DNA of 51,993 nt from an uncultured Clostridia bacterium (GTDB lineage Bacteria; Bacillota; Clostridia; TANB77; CAG-465). The stretch is taken from the NCBI GenBank assembly GCA_947625855.1, contig CANQPW010000006.1, positions 1-51,993 of the forward strand, written 5' to 3'. The notes under the pieces were generated by a model that saw nothing but the letters and a program-made list of their open reading frames with translations, searched no databases and had not been told where the DNA came from. Shown one piece after another: positions 8,601 through 18,003 of the stretch (position 1 is the first letter of the stretch; the number at the start of each line of letters is the position of its first letter). Position numbers and translations under genes: made by a program.

Positions 8601-10067
8601 TGTTAATTCTTGTACTTTAAATGGTATTGGCTTTTCTGGATTTACAAAAGTTGTATATTCATCAATTATTTCACCATTTTTTACTTTACATACTGCAACT
8701 TCTGTTATTCCATCTAAATCTGCATCAAATCCTGTTGTTTCTAAGTCAAATACACAATAAGTATCCAAATCTTCTATTACAGGTTCAACATCTTTTGCAA
8801 GATAACCCTCAACACCATAAATTACCTTTATTGGTGCAGCATCAAGTATATCTTGTGTTGTTACTTTTCCTTCTTTTTGCACTAAATCAGCATAATTGTC
8901 TACAATCACATGATTTGCTTCTGGAAAAGATTGAACAACACCATGATCTGTTATTGCTACTGCTTTATGTCCCCATTTTATAGCTTGCTTTACTAAATCA
9001 GTTGCAGAAGTTACAGCATCCATTGCACTCATTTGAGTATGCAGATGTAATTCTACTCTTTTTTCTTCTGCATTATCCATACGCTCTTGTGGTTTTGAGC
9101 CAGTACAAATATTACTTGTCATAATTGTAAGTTCCTTTGAATATGGATCCATTTGTGGTCTACCTTGTAATACTATATAATTTCCTTCTTTAAGTTTTGA
9201 GTCAAGTTCTTCATATTTTTGTTTATCTAAAAACATTTTACAAGATATAGTACTTGTTTTATCAGTAACATCTATTACCAAAAGCATTTTGCCACTTTTT
9301 AACTCACGAGCATCTTTTTGTATAATTTGTCCTTCAATACATACTCTATCTTCACTTTCAGCAATTTCATCTATTTTTTTTCTTTCATTTGTTTTTATAT
9401 CTATTCCATAAATTACATTTTCAGGTTGAGGATTTTTTGCAAGTTGTCTTTCGTTCTTTTCTTCATCTGTAAGTTTTGGTCTTCTATATAATTCTTTTGG
9501 AGTTTCCTCAATTTTACTAGAACTAACAACTCTATTTGGTATATCTTCAAGTTTTACAATTTTTATTCCTTCATCAATATTTTGCTCCATATCTTTATTT
9601 TCTGTAATATCTAATGAATAACCCTTTCCATATTCTGTATTTATACATTTTAGCATATACTCATCTACTTTTTTTATTTCAAGAAAGTTTTTATATGGTT
9701 TTACTAATTCAATATTTATTTTTTTCTCATCCTGATTTATATCAATTTTACAATTTTCAAAAATATCTTGTGTATATCCATATTTTTTATTTGTTACTAA
9801 TATCACATTTTGAATATTTTTTTTAGTTATTTCACATGGCATACCAGTATATTTAAAATCTACTTTAAAACTATTTAACTCATATGTTTTACAAGCACGT
9901 CTTTCAAATTCTTCTATATCAAGTAAAGAAACATTATCATTACTTTTTGTATTTAAAATAACTGCATTTAACTTTTTAGAGAACTTTATTTCATCTATTT
10001 GAGCATTAGAAAAATTACTATCACTATTTACACAATTAAAAAACACTTCTTTTACAGTTTTATTCAT
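5655..10067 (-). CDS. polC: DNA polymerase III PolC-type
   Basis: OB fold, PHP (ELHLHTQMS, TDHG), DEDDh exonuclease (FDLETTG), GSRGS, Zn finger, PDIDLNFSG. Start moved to ATG 10067 after AGAGGTG RBS. Confidence 0.97.
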   Translation of the reverse strand: MNKTVKEVFFNCVNSDSNFSNAQIDEIKFSKKLNAVILNTKSNDNVSLLDIEEFERRACKTYELNSFKVDFKYTGMPCEITKKNIQNVILVTNKKYGYTQDIFENCKIDINQDEKKINIELVKPYKNFLEIKKVDEYMLKCINTEYGKGYSLDITENKDMEQNIDEGIKIVKLEDIPNRVVSSSKIEETPKELYRRPKLTDEEKNERQLAKNPQPENVIYGIDIKTNERKKIDEIAESEDRVCIEGQIIQKDARELKSGKMLLVIDVTDKTSTISCKMFLDKQKYEELDSKLKEGNYIVLQGRPQMDPYSKELTIMTSNICTGSKPQERMDNAEEKRVELHLHTQMSAMDAVTSATDLVKQAIKWGHKAVAITDHGVVQSFPEANHVIVDNYADLVQKEGKVTTQDILDAAPIKVIYGVEGYLAKDVEPVIEDLDTYCVFDLETTGFDADLDGITEVAVCKVKNGEIIDEYTTFVNPEKPIPFKVQELTHITDEMVADAPKMSDMIPEFLEFTKGCVLVAHNAHFDVSFIENKAKKLGLEFKPYVIDTYEMSLELYNGVENHKLGTLVEYLGIPLEGAHRAINDTRATAKMFIRMKEDCDKERIDINNYIFTNIQDKSKNLPANHIIILAKNYVGLKNLYKLVSYSHVWNYHKSPKISRSMLKRYREGLIIGSACEQGELYQEILDFKLGRNDGSKIEEIANFYDYLEIQPLGNNAFYERTGKKIKSEKKDEEPKYIKLTHQDLIDINIDIVNLGEKLKKPVVGTCDVHFMNPEDEIYRRIIQAGQGFDDADMQAPLYFRTTDEMLKEFDYLSKEKAYEIVVTNTNLVADWCDRISPISDEKCPPHIDGCEEDIRNIAMEKAHKLYGEKLPAIVEERLEKELNSIISNGYSVMYIIAQRLVWDSNDHGYIVGSRGSVGSSLAAYMTGITEVNSLKAHYRCPNCKYSDFTDYGYANGFDLPDKKCPVCGTDLEKDGMDIPFETFLGFKGDKEPDIDLNFSGEYQAKAHKYTEVIFGTGTTYKAGTIGTVAEKTAYGFVKNYFEERGKSVPTAEINRLSKGCTGIKRTTGQHPGGIIVVPKGRTIYEFCPVQHPADDPYSDIVTTHFDYHSIDKNLLKLDILGHDDPTVIRMLQDITGVDPTKIPLDDKDTMGIFSSTEPLSVTPEQIKSEVGTYGVPEFGTKFVRGMLVDTKPTTFEELIRISGLSHGTDVWLNNAQTLIEDGIVTLSEAICTRDDIMIYLINKGLEPGLAFKIMEIVRKGKASKKLTPEMVEEMKKHDVPDWYIDSCFKIKYMFPKAHAAAYVTNAFRIAWFKVHIPKAYYSAYMSIRADEFDGDIMLYGKERVLAKMKEIDTLGNSAQQKDKNMYPILELVLEMNERGISFLPVDLYKSHATKFLVEDDGIRPPLSALTGFGEVDADKLVKAREAGRFTSIEDMQMKSKIGKVAVETLQLAGVLDGMPRSEQMDMFDLL

Positions 10068-10135
10068 GTTCTCTACACCTCTTTTTAACAACAACATTAT
10101 ACTATTTTTTCAATATTTTGTCCATAAGAAAAATA

Positions 10136-10161
10136 ACAAAATAAAGGTTATGTCATATCAT
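10136..10161 (+). promoter_or_regulatory. Possible sigma-K/sigma-E promoter
   Basis: AC-16 bp-CATATCAT matches the AC..CATAnnnT consensus. Confidence 0.4.
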
Positions 10162-10183
10162 ATATTACGGAGGTGTTAACTAG

Positions 10184-10615
10184 ATGGAAAAAAATAATAC
10201 ATATAACGATACTACATCTTTAATACAAAAATTAATAAAAGAAATTTCAGATACCATTTCTTTTTATAACATTCTTTTAAATCAAATTTCTGATGAAGAA
10301 GATATATCTATTATACAAGAAATGATTAATGATGAAATGAAACATGAAAAAATATTAGGAGATATTTTTTTTAATATAACAAATACTAACATACGAAAAA
10401 ATAGAAGTATTTTTGTTGAAAATAGAAGCACTACTCATGACTACAAAGAAAGTTTAAAAGATGTATTATTTAATATTCTTGATACAATAAAAAACTATCA
10501 AATTCTTCTAAATTATATGATGGATAGTAAAAATTATAATTTGATTATGGAAATATTAATAAACAAATTACGTCATGCTGATTTAATTAATTATCTTATA
10601 TTAAAACATACCTAA
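10184..10615 (+). CDS. Ferritin-like four-helix protein, probably sporulation/coat associated
   Basis: DEMKH and degenerate NKLRH helix-pair motifs; GGAGGTG RBS. Confidence 0.65.
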   Translation: MEKNNTYNDTTSLIQKLIKEISDTISFYNILLNQISDEEDISIIQEMINDEMKHEKILGDIFFNITNTNIRKNRSIFVENRSTTHDYKESLKDVLFNILDTIKNYQILLNYMMDSKNYNLIMEILINKLRHADLINYLILKHT

Positions 10616-10620
10616 AAGTT

Positions 10621-10657
10621 AAAAAAAGCTATCATTATTTAAAAAGATAGCTTTTTT
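10621..10657. terminator. Bidirectional terminator
   Basis: AAAAAAGCTATC / GATAGCTTTTTT. Confidence 0.75.
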
Positions 10658-11673
10658 TAGAATTTTTTTATTTTTACCGCATTTCCAGTTTCAAGTAATT
10701 CTATATGATTTAATGCTTTGCCAGTACCAATTGCTACACAAGATTGAGCATCTTCTGCAATCATAACAGGTATTCCAGTTTTTTCTTCAATTAATTTATC
10801 TAAACCATAAATCAATCCTCCACCACCTGTTATATAAATTCCTCTCTCAGATATATCTGCTGAAAGCTCTGGTGGTGTTTCCTCTAATACACTATGAACT
10901 CCCTCAATTATTTTATCTGCACACTCTTGTAAAGCTTCTTGTATTTCTTCAGATGTAACTTCAAATTCTACTGGAAGTCCAGATATTAAATCTCTACCTT
11001 TAACAGACATTCTTTCAGTAACTGTTTTAGGATACATACATCCAACTTTAATTTTTATATCCTCTGCTGTTCTTTCACCAATTACTATACTTCTGTTTTT
11101 CTTTATATATCTAATGATTGCTTCATCAAATTTATCACCAGCCACTTTAAGTGATGTACTTTTAACAGAACCACCAAGTGAAATTACAGCAATATCTGCA
11201 GTTCCACCACCAATATCTACAATCATACTTCCGTATGGTTTTCCAATATCTATCCCCGCACCTATTGCTGCTGCTATTGGTTCTTCTATTAAATATACTT
11301 TTCTTGCACCAGCATGATTTGCAGCATCAATTACAGCTTTTTTCTCAACTTCTGTTATGCGAGATGGAACACAAATCATAATTCTAGGAGAAAAAATAAA
11401 TTTTCCACATACTTTGTTTATAAAATACTTTAGCATTTTTTCAGTAATAGTATAATCAGATATAACACCATCTTTTAAAGGTCTAAGCGCGATAATATTA
11501 CCTGGTGTTCTACCAAGCATTTTTCTTGCTTCTTGTCCGACAGCCAAGACTTCATTTGTATTTTTATCTATTGCAACAACAGATGGTTCTCTTAATACAA
11601 TGCCTTTACCTTTTACGTATACCAAAATAGTTGCTGTACCTAAATCAATTCCTATATCCTGACCAAATACCAC
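10657..11673 (-). CDS. mbl: MreB-like rod shape protein (Mbl by synteny)
   Basis: IGIDLGT, DIGGGT actin-fold motifs; follows spoIIID. Confidence 0.9.
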   Translation of the reverse strand: MVFGQDIGIDLGTATILVYVKGKGIVLREPSVVAIDKNTNEVLAVGQEARKMLGRTPGNIIALRPLKDGVISDYTITEKMLKYFINKVCGKFIFSPRIMICVPSRITEVEKKAVIDAANHAGARKVYLIEEPIAAAIGAGIDIGKPYGSMIVDIGGGTADIAVISLGGSVKSTSLKVAGDKFDEAIIRYIKKNRSIVIGERTAEDIKIKVGCMYPKTVTERMSVKGRDLISGLPVEFEVTSEEIQEALQECADKIIEGVHSVLEETPPELSADISERGIYITGGGGLIYGLDKLIEEKTGIPVMIAEDAQSCVAIGTGKALNHIELLETGNAVKIKKF

Positions 11674-11743
11674 AAACTTCTCCTCCTATTTTCTGTTACA
11701 ATTATATTACATTTCCATTTCAATTGCAACTACTAAGTAAAAA

Positions 11744-11995
11744 TTAACTAACTTTTTCCTTTTGATATTTTAGTTTTGTCGCCATTCCACCCCTTATATG
11801 TCTTTCAGACTTATTAATCTGTAATACTTTTTTTGCTTCGCTTGCAAGAGAAGGATTAAATTTCTCTAATCTTTCTGCTATATCTTTATGAACTGTTGAT
11901 TTACTGATGTTAAACTTTTTTGCAGTTGCTCTAACTGTACTTTTAGTTTCAATAATATATATTGCAAGCTGTTTAGCCCTCTCGTCTATATCCAT
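11744..11995 (-). CDS. spoIIID: Sporulation transcription regulator SpoIIID
   Basis: TVRATAKKFNISKSTVHKD...RHIRGG.AT..KY. Confidence 0.97.
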   Translation of the reverse strand: MDIDERAKQLAIYIIETKSTVRATAKKFNISKSTVHKDIAERLEKFNPSLASEAKKVLQINKSERHIRGGMATKLKYQKEKVS

Positions 11996-12068
11996 AAAAT
12001 CAACCTCTCCTTTACACTTATATTGTATTCAAAAAAAATTAAAATATTCGTCAAATACTGTCTTATAA

Positions 12069-12938
12069 CTAATTTTTCACAATATATGTTGGATCTACTA
12101 TTTGCCCATCTTTTATAAGCATAAAGTGTAAATGAGTATCATCTTTAATTTCACCAATTGAGCTATTTGAAATTTGACCTATAATTTCTCCTTTAGATAC
12201 AATTTGTCCTTTTACTACTGGGATATTTTCACTAAGATTAGAGTATGAACTCTTGTATCCTTGACCATGATCTATAACTACTGTATAGCCTAAAAAAGCA
12301 TCTTCATAAATTTTTTCAATTTTTCCTTTTTCAATCGAGACTACATTCTGTCCCGTATCTCCCCTTATATCAATGCCATCATGAGTTTTCCACAAATCCA
12401 AAGTTTTAGAATATATTACACTATCAGAAGAATATATTTTCAATATTTCTCCATTCATAGGGGTACAAAATTCTAATTTTTTTATTTCTTGCACAGGCTT
12501 TGATACTAGTATTTCTTCCTTATATACAGCTTCCGCAGGTATTCCATATGTATCAATACTACTAGAAGCAGTCACTACATCATCTTGATTTAATGTATAG
12601 GTAAAAAAGTCCTCTAAACTTGCAACATCATAATTTTTCACTACCATAAAAATGCTAAAAGCTCCAAGAATTACCATAAGTAAAAAAAGTCTATAATAGC
12701 TTTTTGATAATTTATTACCATTTTTAAACAAGTTATTAAAATATTTTTTAACTCCATTTTTTTCATCAGTAAATCCTTTTCTTTTCCTTTTTTCACCAAC
12801 TTCTAATTTTAGTACGTTATCATATGAATTAGTAATTTTTGCTGACATATTTTCTGTATTTACTTTATATTCTTTAGTATTATCCTTTTTTGATTTTATA
12901 TTCTTAATTTTTTCATTTAAATTTAATTTAATTTTCAT
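12069..12938 (-). CDS. spoIIQ: M23/LytM domain membrane protein, SpoIIQ-like
   Basis: TM plus HDGID and HLHF motifs, between spoIID and spoIIID. Start probably ATG 12938 after GGAGAGG. Confidence 0.7.
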   Translation of the reverse strand: MKIKLNLNEKIKNIKSKKDNTKEYKVNTENMSAKITNSYDNVLKLEVGEKRKRKGFTDEKNGVKKYFNNLFKNGNKLSKSYYRLFLLMVILGAFSIFMVVKNYDVASLEDFFTYTLNQDDVVTASSSIDTYGIPAEAVYKEEILVSKPVQEIKKLEFCTPMNGEILKIYSSDSVIYSKTLDLWKTHDGIDIRGDTGQNVVSIEKGKIEKIYEDAFLGYTVVIDHGQGYKSSYSNLSENIPVVKGQIVSKGEIIGQISNSSIGEIKDDTHLHFMLIKDGQIVDPTYIVKN

Positions 12939-13989
12939 TTGTATCCTCTCCTTCATTTTCATTTGTACTTTCTAACTTATCTATTTGTACTCCTGTATAA
13001 TAATGTTTTATTATTTCATCATATTTCATTCCATCATCTGCATAAGTTGAAGCACCTACTTGACTCATTCCAACTCCATGACCATAGCCTAAAACATTAA
13101 ATATAATTTCATCATCAGTTTTATCTATTGTAAAATTAGTTGATTTTAAGCCAAAAATTATTCTCAAATCTTCTGCCTTTACATAATAATTTGAGATTTT
13201 AATATTTTTTACTCTATCAGTTATTGTTTTTTCATTAATACATACATTTTTTACATCATCTAATGTTAATTCATCACCAACCTTTCCCTCTCTTTTTAGA
13301 GTATTTAAAAATTCTTCAAATTTTATATTTACTGTACTAGTTCTATTTTCATAATCTTCTGCCTCTTTATTTTCAACAGATATAAGATATGGTACAGATT
13401 CATTTCCCCATATTTGACTAATATCCTCTGTTCTAATTGGGCTACTAGCATGAAAATATGCCCTTATAAGTTTACCATTATATGTTATTATCTCATTTTG
13501 TGTAGATGTAACTGCAAGATTTACTTTATACCAAAATTCATTTATTGTATCCTCATCATATCCTTTATTTCTCCATATTTCAAAAAGTTTATCCTTTGGA
13601 TAATATGCCTGACAATGATTAGAATCATCACAAATATCTGCATCATTTCCCTCAGAGGAATCTTCCATTTTACTATATAAATAAGTCCTTGCAACTAAGG
13701 CTTGTGCCTTTAATGCTTCAATATTATATTTAGGTGACATTTCAGATGGTACTACACCTCTTAAATAATCATTTACATCCATTGCAATTATTTCTCCTGT
13801 TTTATGAAACTTTACTCTTATAGTTTGATTTGCTTTATACTCTATTACATATTTTTCTTCTTTTTTGTTTTGTTCTTCAATCTGTTCACTTTTTTTACCT
13901 ATTATTAAATTTATAATAAACAAAATACAAGTAACAATTAAAAAAAAGCACATAACAACATAAAAGATAGTAAGTAACTTACTTTTCAA
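12928..13989 (-). CDS. spoIID: Stage II sporulation protein D
   Basis: YLRGVVPSEM, EALKAQA..ARTY, GYGHGVGMSQ. Confidence 0.95.
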   Translation of the reverse strand: MKSKLLTIFYVVMCFFLIVTCILFIINLIIGKKSEQIEEQNKKEEKYVIEYKANQTIRVKFHKTGEIIAMDVNDYLRGVVPSEMSPKYNIEALKAQALVARTYLYSKMEDSSEGNDADICDDSNHCQAYYPKDKLFEIWRNKGYDEDTINEFWYKVNLAVTSTQNEIITYNGKLIRAYFHASSPIRTEDISQIWGNESVPYLISVENKEAEDYENRTSTVNIKFEEFLNTLKREGKVGDELTLDDVKNVCINEKTITDRVKNIKISNYYVKAEDLRIIFGLKSTNFTIDKTDDEIIFNVLGYGHGVGMSQVGASTYADDGMKYDEIIKHYYTGVQIDKLESTNENEGEDTNEN

Positions 13990-14048
13990 TATATTTCACC
14001 TTGTTATATATATATTCATCTTATAATAAAATTATTCTAAAAAGCAGA

Positions 14049-14078
14049 AAAAAACTGTTGAATTACTCAACAGTTTTT
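14049..14078 (-). terminator. Intrinsic terminator
   Basis: AAAAACTGTTG / CAACAGTTTTT. Confidence 0.75.
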
Positions 14079-14085
14079 ATCAATA

Positions 14086-14451
14086 TCAACTTAATCCTTT
14101 TTTTATAATTTTTTCTATATATTGGCTACTAACTTCCGTTTCTTTCCCACATAATGGGCAAGTAGCATACGTAACTAAATATTTTACATCAGCATATTCA
14201 TCATCATCACCATAACCTGCATCACTAAATACTAAAACATCCTCTTTAACTACATAAAAAGATCTTTTTTTAAATCTTTTTTTCAAAGCATATTTTTTAC
14301 ATATAGGACACTTACTATAATTTTTAGTTTTTTTATTAATCAGGTCTGGTATCCATTCGTTTTTAATTTTTTCTAATAATTTTACTTGTTCATCAATTGT
14401 AAAAAAATGCATTTGTTGATAAATATAATTTTCAAACTCCTTCTTAGTCAT
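14086..14451 (-). CDS. Hypothetical Zn-ribbon protein
   Basis: CPIC and CPLC pairs; own promoter (TTGAAT-17-TAAAAT) and terminator; ATG 14451 after GGAAGGTG. Confidence 0.6.
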   Translation of the reverse strand: MTKKEFENYIYQQMHFFTIDEQVKLLEKIKNEWIPDLINKKTKNYSKCPICKKYALKKRFKKRSFYVVKEDVLVFSDAGYGDDDEYADVKYLVTYATCPLCGKETEVSSQYIEKIIKKGLS

Positions 14452-14532
14452 TTTGCCCACCTTCCTTATTAAAAGAAAATCAACAATATTTATAAAAATA
14501 TTTTATCACAAATCATTTTACAATTCAATTAT

Positions 14533-17500
14533 TTATTCGTAATCTGTTGCTGCTCTATTATCTAAGTCAAATAATACTACTGTACCTTTTATAAAGTTAT
14601 ATTCATCATCATCATCAATTTTTAAAATTCCATTTTCAAGTTGTAATCTCATTGCATTTCCTTCATTTACTTTTTGACCTGGAGATGAAAAACCTAGATA
14701 ACCTTCATAATCCCATTGACTTGTATTATCAGCTGATGTTACTGATTTGTCATTTTGATTATATGAAACAGTAACCATTCCGCTCTCATCAAAATCAATA
14801 CATTTAATATTAAATTTTACTCCTATATATCCATTTTGCAAACTATTTCTTATACTATCTCCTTCTCTTACAGCAATAGTTGAATTAGGAAGTTTAAATT
14901 CACCATACCATGCTTGATTATATAAGCTATCACTTACACTCATCATTTTATCATTTAATGTAAAATATCCTGATTCACTTGCAATATTTAAAGGCTCTAA
15001 TTTATCAGACATATTTGTGCTATTAAATTCTATTTCTCTATATGAATCTTTTGGTTTAAAATATATAGTATAATTACTATTTTTAAAGTTTTTATACTTT
15101 CCACTATCATCTTTATAGTATAAATCTATGTCCTGTATTATTTCTGTACCATCTTTAGAAATATAATAATACGAAGGCTCAATTTGTATATTCTTTCCAT
15201 CCTCTGCACCAGTAGAAGTATAATATCCTGCTGTTTTTAAATCAAAACTTATTCTATATCCCATCTTTGGTGCGTTTATATATGTTGCAGTAGAATGCTT
15301 ATATGGTCCAAGTGGAAGAATTGTTTTAGTTTTTGTACCATTAATGTTTATATTATCTCTATCTATTAATTTACTATAATTTTCATCATATAAATATAAT
15401 CTTCTAATACCAGAATAATACAGTATATCTGTTCTAGAGTTTATATTTGAAGAATCTGATGCTATTCTAAATACATTTTTAAAAGCCAAATCACTACAAT
15501 CAGTTATTCTAAAATCATATATTCTTGATGCTGATCTAAGTGTTACTGTACTCTTTGCTATATAATAGGCATCTGAATACATTGTAGAACCTGTTATATC
15601 ACTTGGATGATTAGATTTTAAATCTGACATTCCATCACATACTGAATTAAATGGTATCAAATTACTAGATATATTGTTTATATATTTTCTATCACTATCT
15701 AAAACTGATGCATCCTTTTCTATTTCAATTTTTCTTTCAACATCTACTACTTCATTAAGTAATGTGTCTGAAGGTAAATTACTTGCAACAGCAAATACTA
15801 TTATTTTACTTGTTGCTTTAGAAATATCACCACCAGATATTCCAGAGCTTTCATAAACTTGTGCACTAAAAGTTGCACCCTCAGAATTATAATTTGTTAC
15901 TTCAATTAATTCTCCTTTACTTCTTACAGAGCCATTGTATAAAATATCAAAGTCAAACATTAAATAATACTTCGTAACATATTTAGAAGTATTTGGAATT
16001 CCTACATAATATGCAAAATCTATTGAAGTACATGGTATTGTCACTGTAAAGTTTGAACCTTGTTCTATTACAGCACCATCATCACCTTCAGTATGATTTG
16101 TTGTATCTGATACTACAATTGGTGATGCCAAAGCAACTGGTGTATATACATTTACAAAATGTCTATTATCTGATTCAATTCTAAAAGCATATTCTTCTGT
16201 TTCATCTAAAACACTATATGTATTATATATTGCATCCCCTTTTACATATCTTAAACCATTTACTTTATCACTAGATACTTGAAGTGATGTGTTAAAATCA
16301 ATAGCCTCATTATTCTCGCCAAAAATATTTTCTATTTCCGTATCTGTTGGCATTTTTCCAACAAATTCATCATCTATTTTATCTTTCAATTCATCTTTTA
16401 TACTATTATTTCCTAAAAATTCAAGTTCTATATCACTTGACATACCATTTACAAGACCTGTATTTGAAGAATCTATTATGTTTCCACTTATACTTTTTCC
16501 ATCTTCATCTATTCCACTAGAATTTTTTATAGTTCCACCAGAAAGTTTATACACATTATATGTATTTACTTTATACATAACTTCATTATCTTTTATTTCC
16601 TTTTTATATTTTAAATCTTTTAAAATATATTTTGGTGCAATTATATATGGTTTTAAATACTCGCCACTTGGAATATATGTTGTACTACAATCAAGTATAC
16701 TTCCAGAATTTGTCCAAATACTTGTATCAGTACCAATTTTTGCATGTATATTTTCCATATCAGTTACATTATAATAAAAATCTATAATGGTAATATCATC
16801 AGAATCTGACTCTCTAGTTGTTATAGTAGTTGTATCTGCATCATTTTCATATGTTGCTCTTGTATATCTTATATCATATACCCCTTTATATAGAGCATTT
16901 TTTTGTGTTATAAGCATATTAGCCTCATCTAATGACTTAACTGTCGAAACATTTGCTCCCAGATATGTATATTTTTTTCCATCAGAATTTATTACTAAAG
17001 TTTTACTTACTTCCATTTTGCATTTATTATTATATTTATAATACTCGCTATAATCAAAATCAGTAGCATCAGAAGTAAGACTTGATATTAAACTTCTATT
17101 TCCATCCTTATCTAGTAAAACTTGTTTTGTACTTTTAAGCTCATTTAATAAATTGCCTGAGCTATCAAAATGTCTAACATAAACTTCTCTACCATAAAGA
17201 TTACCAACAGGAATTGAAATAATATTATCGTATAAATTTGCAACACTTCCAATAGGTAAAAAATCTTTTTCTTGCTCACTTTCGTCTAATACATCATTTG
17301 AATCAAATCCTCTATATTTACCACTTAAAGTATCTTTTGTATTATCAATAAATTTTGCTAAAGTATCTAAATTATCAGAAGAGTTTGTTCTAATAACATT
17401 AGATATTCTAATATCTGCTGTACTTGTACTCTCATTTATAAAATAATTGGTATTTGAAATTAGTTTTTCTATTAAAGAATTACTTAACACATATTCAACA

Positions 17501-18003
17501 ATTAATACATTTGATTGTCCTGAAATTGTATCAACTTTATATCTTTTGGTAGATATATTAACTCCATCTATTTCTTGAGTAAAACTATTATCATAATTTA
17601 CATCAAAACTGCTTAAATCAATATTTATTTTACCACTTGAAAATTCTCCACTTGCAATATCTCCTGTGTCATAATACATATTGTATGAACTATCAGAAAA
17701 TCCACTATTATATACAGTTGAAATATTTTTATGAAATCTAAATCCATATGTAGTAAAACTTCCATTTGATACTTGCTGTGATGAAGGTACATTTACAAAC
17801 CCATCATAATCTTTTGTAGCAGAATCATACTGTGACAATATACTATCATCAGCAATACTATATTGTCTTAATGTTGCACCATCATCTGAAATTAACACCT
17901 CATATGTATTATTATATGCATATGAAAAATTAGAAAAACCACAAAAAACAATACTTAAAAACAATATTAAAACTATCTTATATCTTGCTTTCATACTACT
18001 CAC
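14533..18003 (-). CDS. Large secreted beta-rich protein, last gene of Tad-like operon (possible DUF5704-like C-terminus)
   Basis: Signal peptide ending SYA, Ser/Asp/Tyr-rich, C-terminal 'KMGY...FDLKT.G', 'WYGEFKLP', 'QWDYEG', 'RAATDY'. Confidence 0.6.
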   Translation of the reverse strand: MSSMKARYKIVLILFLSIVFCGFSNFSYAYNNTYEVLISDDGATLRQYSIADDSILSQYDSATKDYDGFVNVPSSQQVSNGSFTTYGFRFHKNISTVYNSGFSDSSYNMYYDTGDIASGEFSSGKINIDLSSFDVNYDNSFTQEIDGVNISTKRYKVDTISGQSNVLIVEYVLSNSLIEKLISNTNYFINESTSTADIRISNVIRTNSSDNLDTLAKFIDNTKDTLSGKYRGFDSNDVLDESEQEKDFLPIGSVANLYDNIISIPVGNLYGREVYVRHFDSSGNLLNELKSTKQVLLDKDGNRSLISSLTSDATDFDYSEYYKYNNKCKMEVSKTLVINSDGKKYTYLGANVSTVKSLDEANMLITQKNALYKGVYDIRYTRATYENDADTTTITTRESDSDDITIIDFYYNVTDMENIHAKIGTDTSIWTNSGSILDCSTTYIPSGEYLKPYIIAPKYILKDLKYKKEIKDNEVMYKVNTYNVYKLSGGTIKNSSGIDEDGKSISGNIIDSSNTGLVNGMSSDIELEFLGNNSIKDELKDKIDDEFVGKMPTDTEIENIFGENNEAIDFNTSLQVSSDKVNGLRYVKGDAIYNTYSVLDETEEYAFRIESDNRHFVNVYTPVALASPIVVSDTTNHTEGDDGAVIEQGSNFTVTIPCTSIDFAYYVGIPNTSKYVTKYYLMFDFDILYNGSVRSKGELIEVTNYNSEGATFSAQVYESSGISGGDISKATSKIIVFAVASNLPSDTLLNEVVDVERKIEIEKDASVLDSDRKYINNISSNLIPFNSVCDGMSDLKSNHPSDITGSTMYSDAYYIAKSTVTLRSASRIYDFRITDCSDLAFKNVFRIASDSSNINSRTDILYYSGIRRLYLYDENYSKLIDRDNININGTKTKTILPLGPYKHSTATYINAPKMGYRISFDLKTAGYYTSTGAEDGKNIQIEPSYYYISKDGTEIIQDIDLYYKDDSGKYKNFKNSNYTIYFKPKDSYREIEFNSTNMSDKLEPLNIASESGYFTLNDKMMSVSDSLYNQAWYGEFKLPNSTIAVREGDSIRNSLQNGYIGVKFNIKCIDFDESGMVTVSYNQNDKSVTSADNTSQWDYEGYLGFSSPGQKVNEGNAMRLQLENGILKIDDDDEYNFIKGTVVLFDLDNRAATDYE

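Noticed and set aside
5655..10067. Intein or unusual insertion in PolC
   Set aside because: Length and domain order are normal; only short lineage-specific loops and no intein termini.
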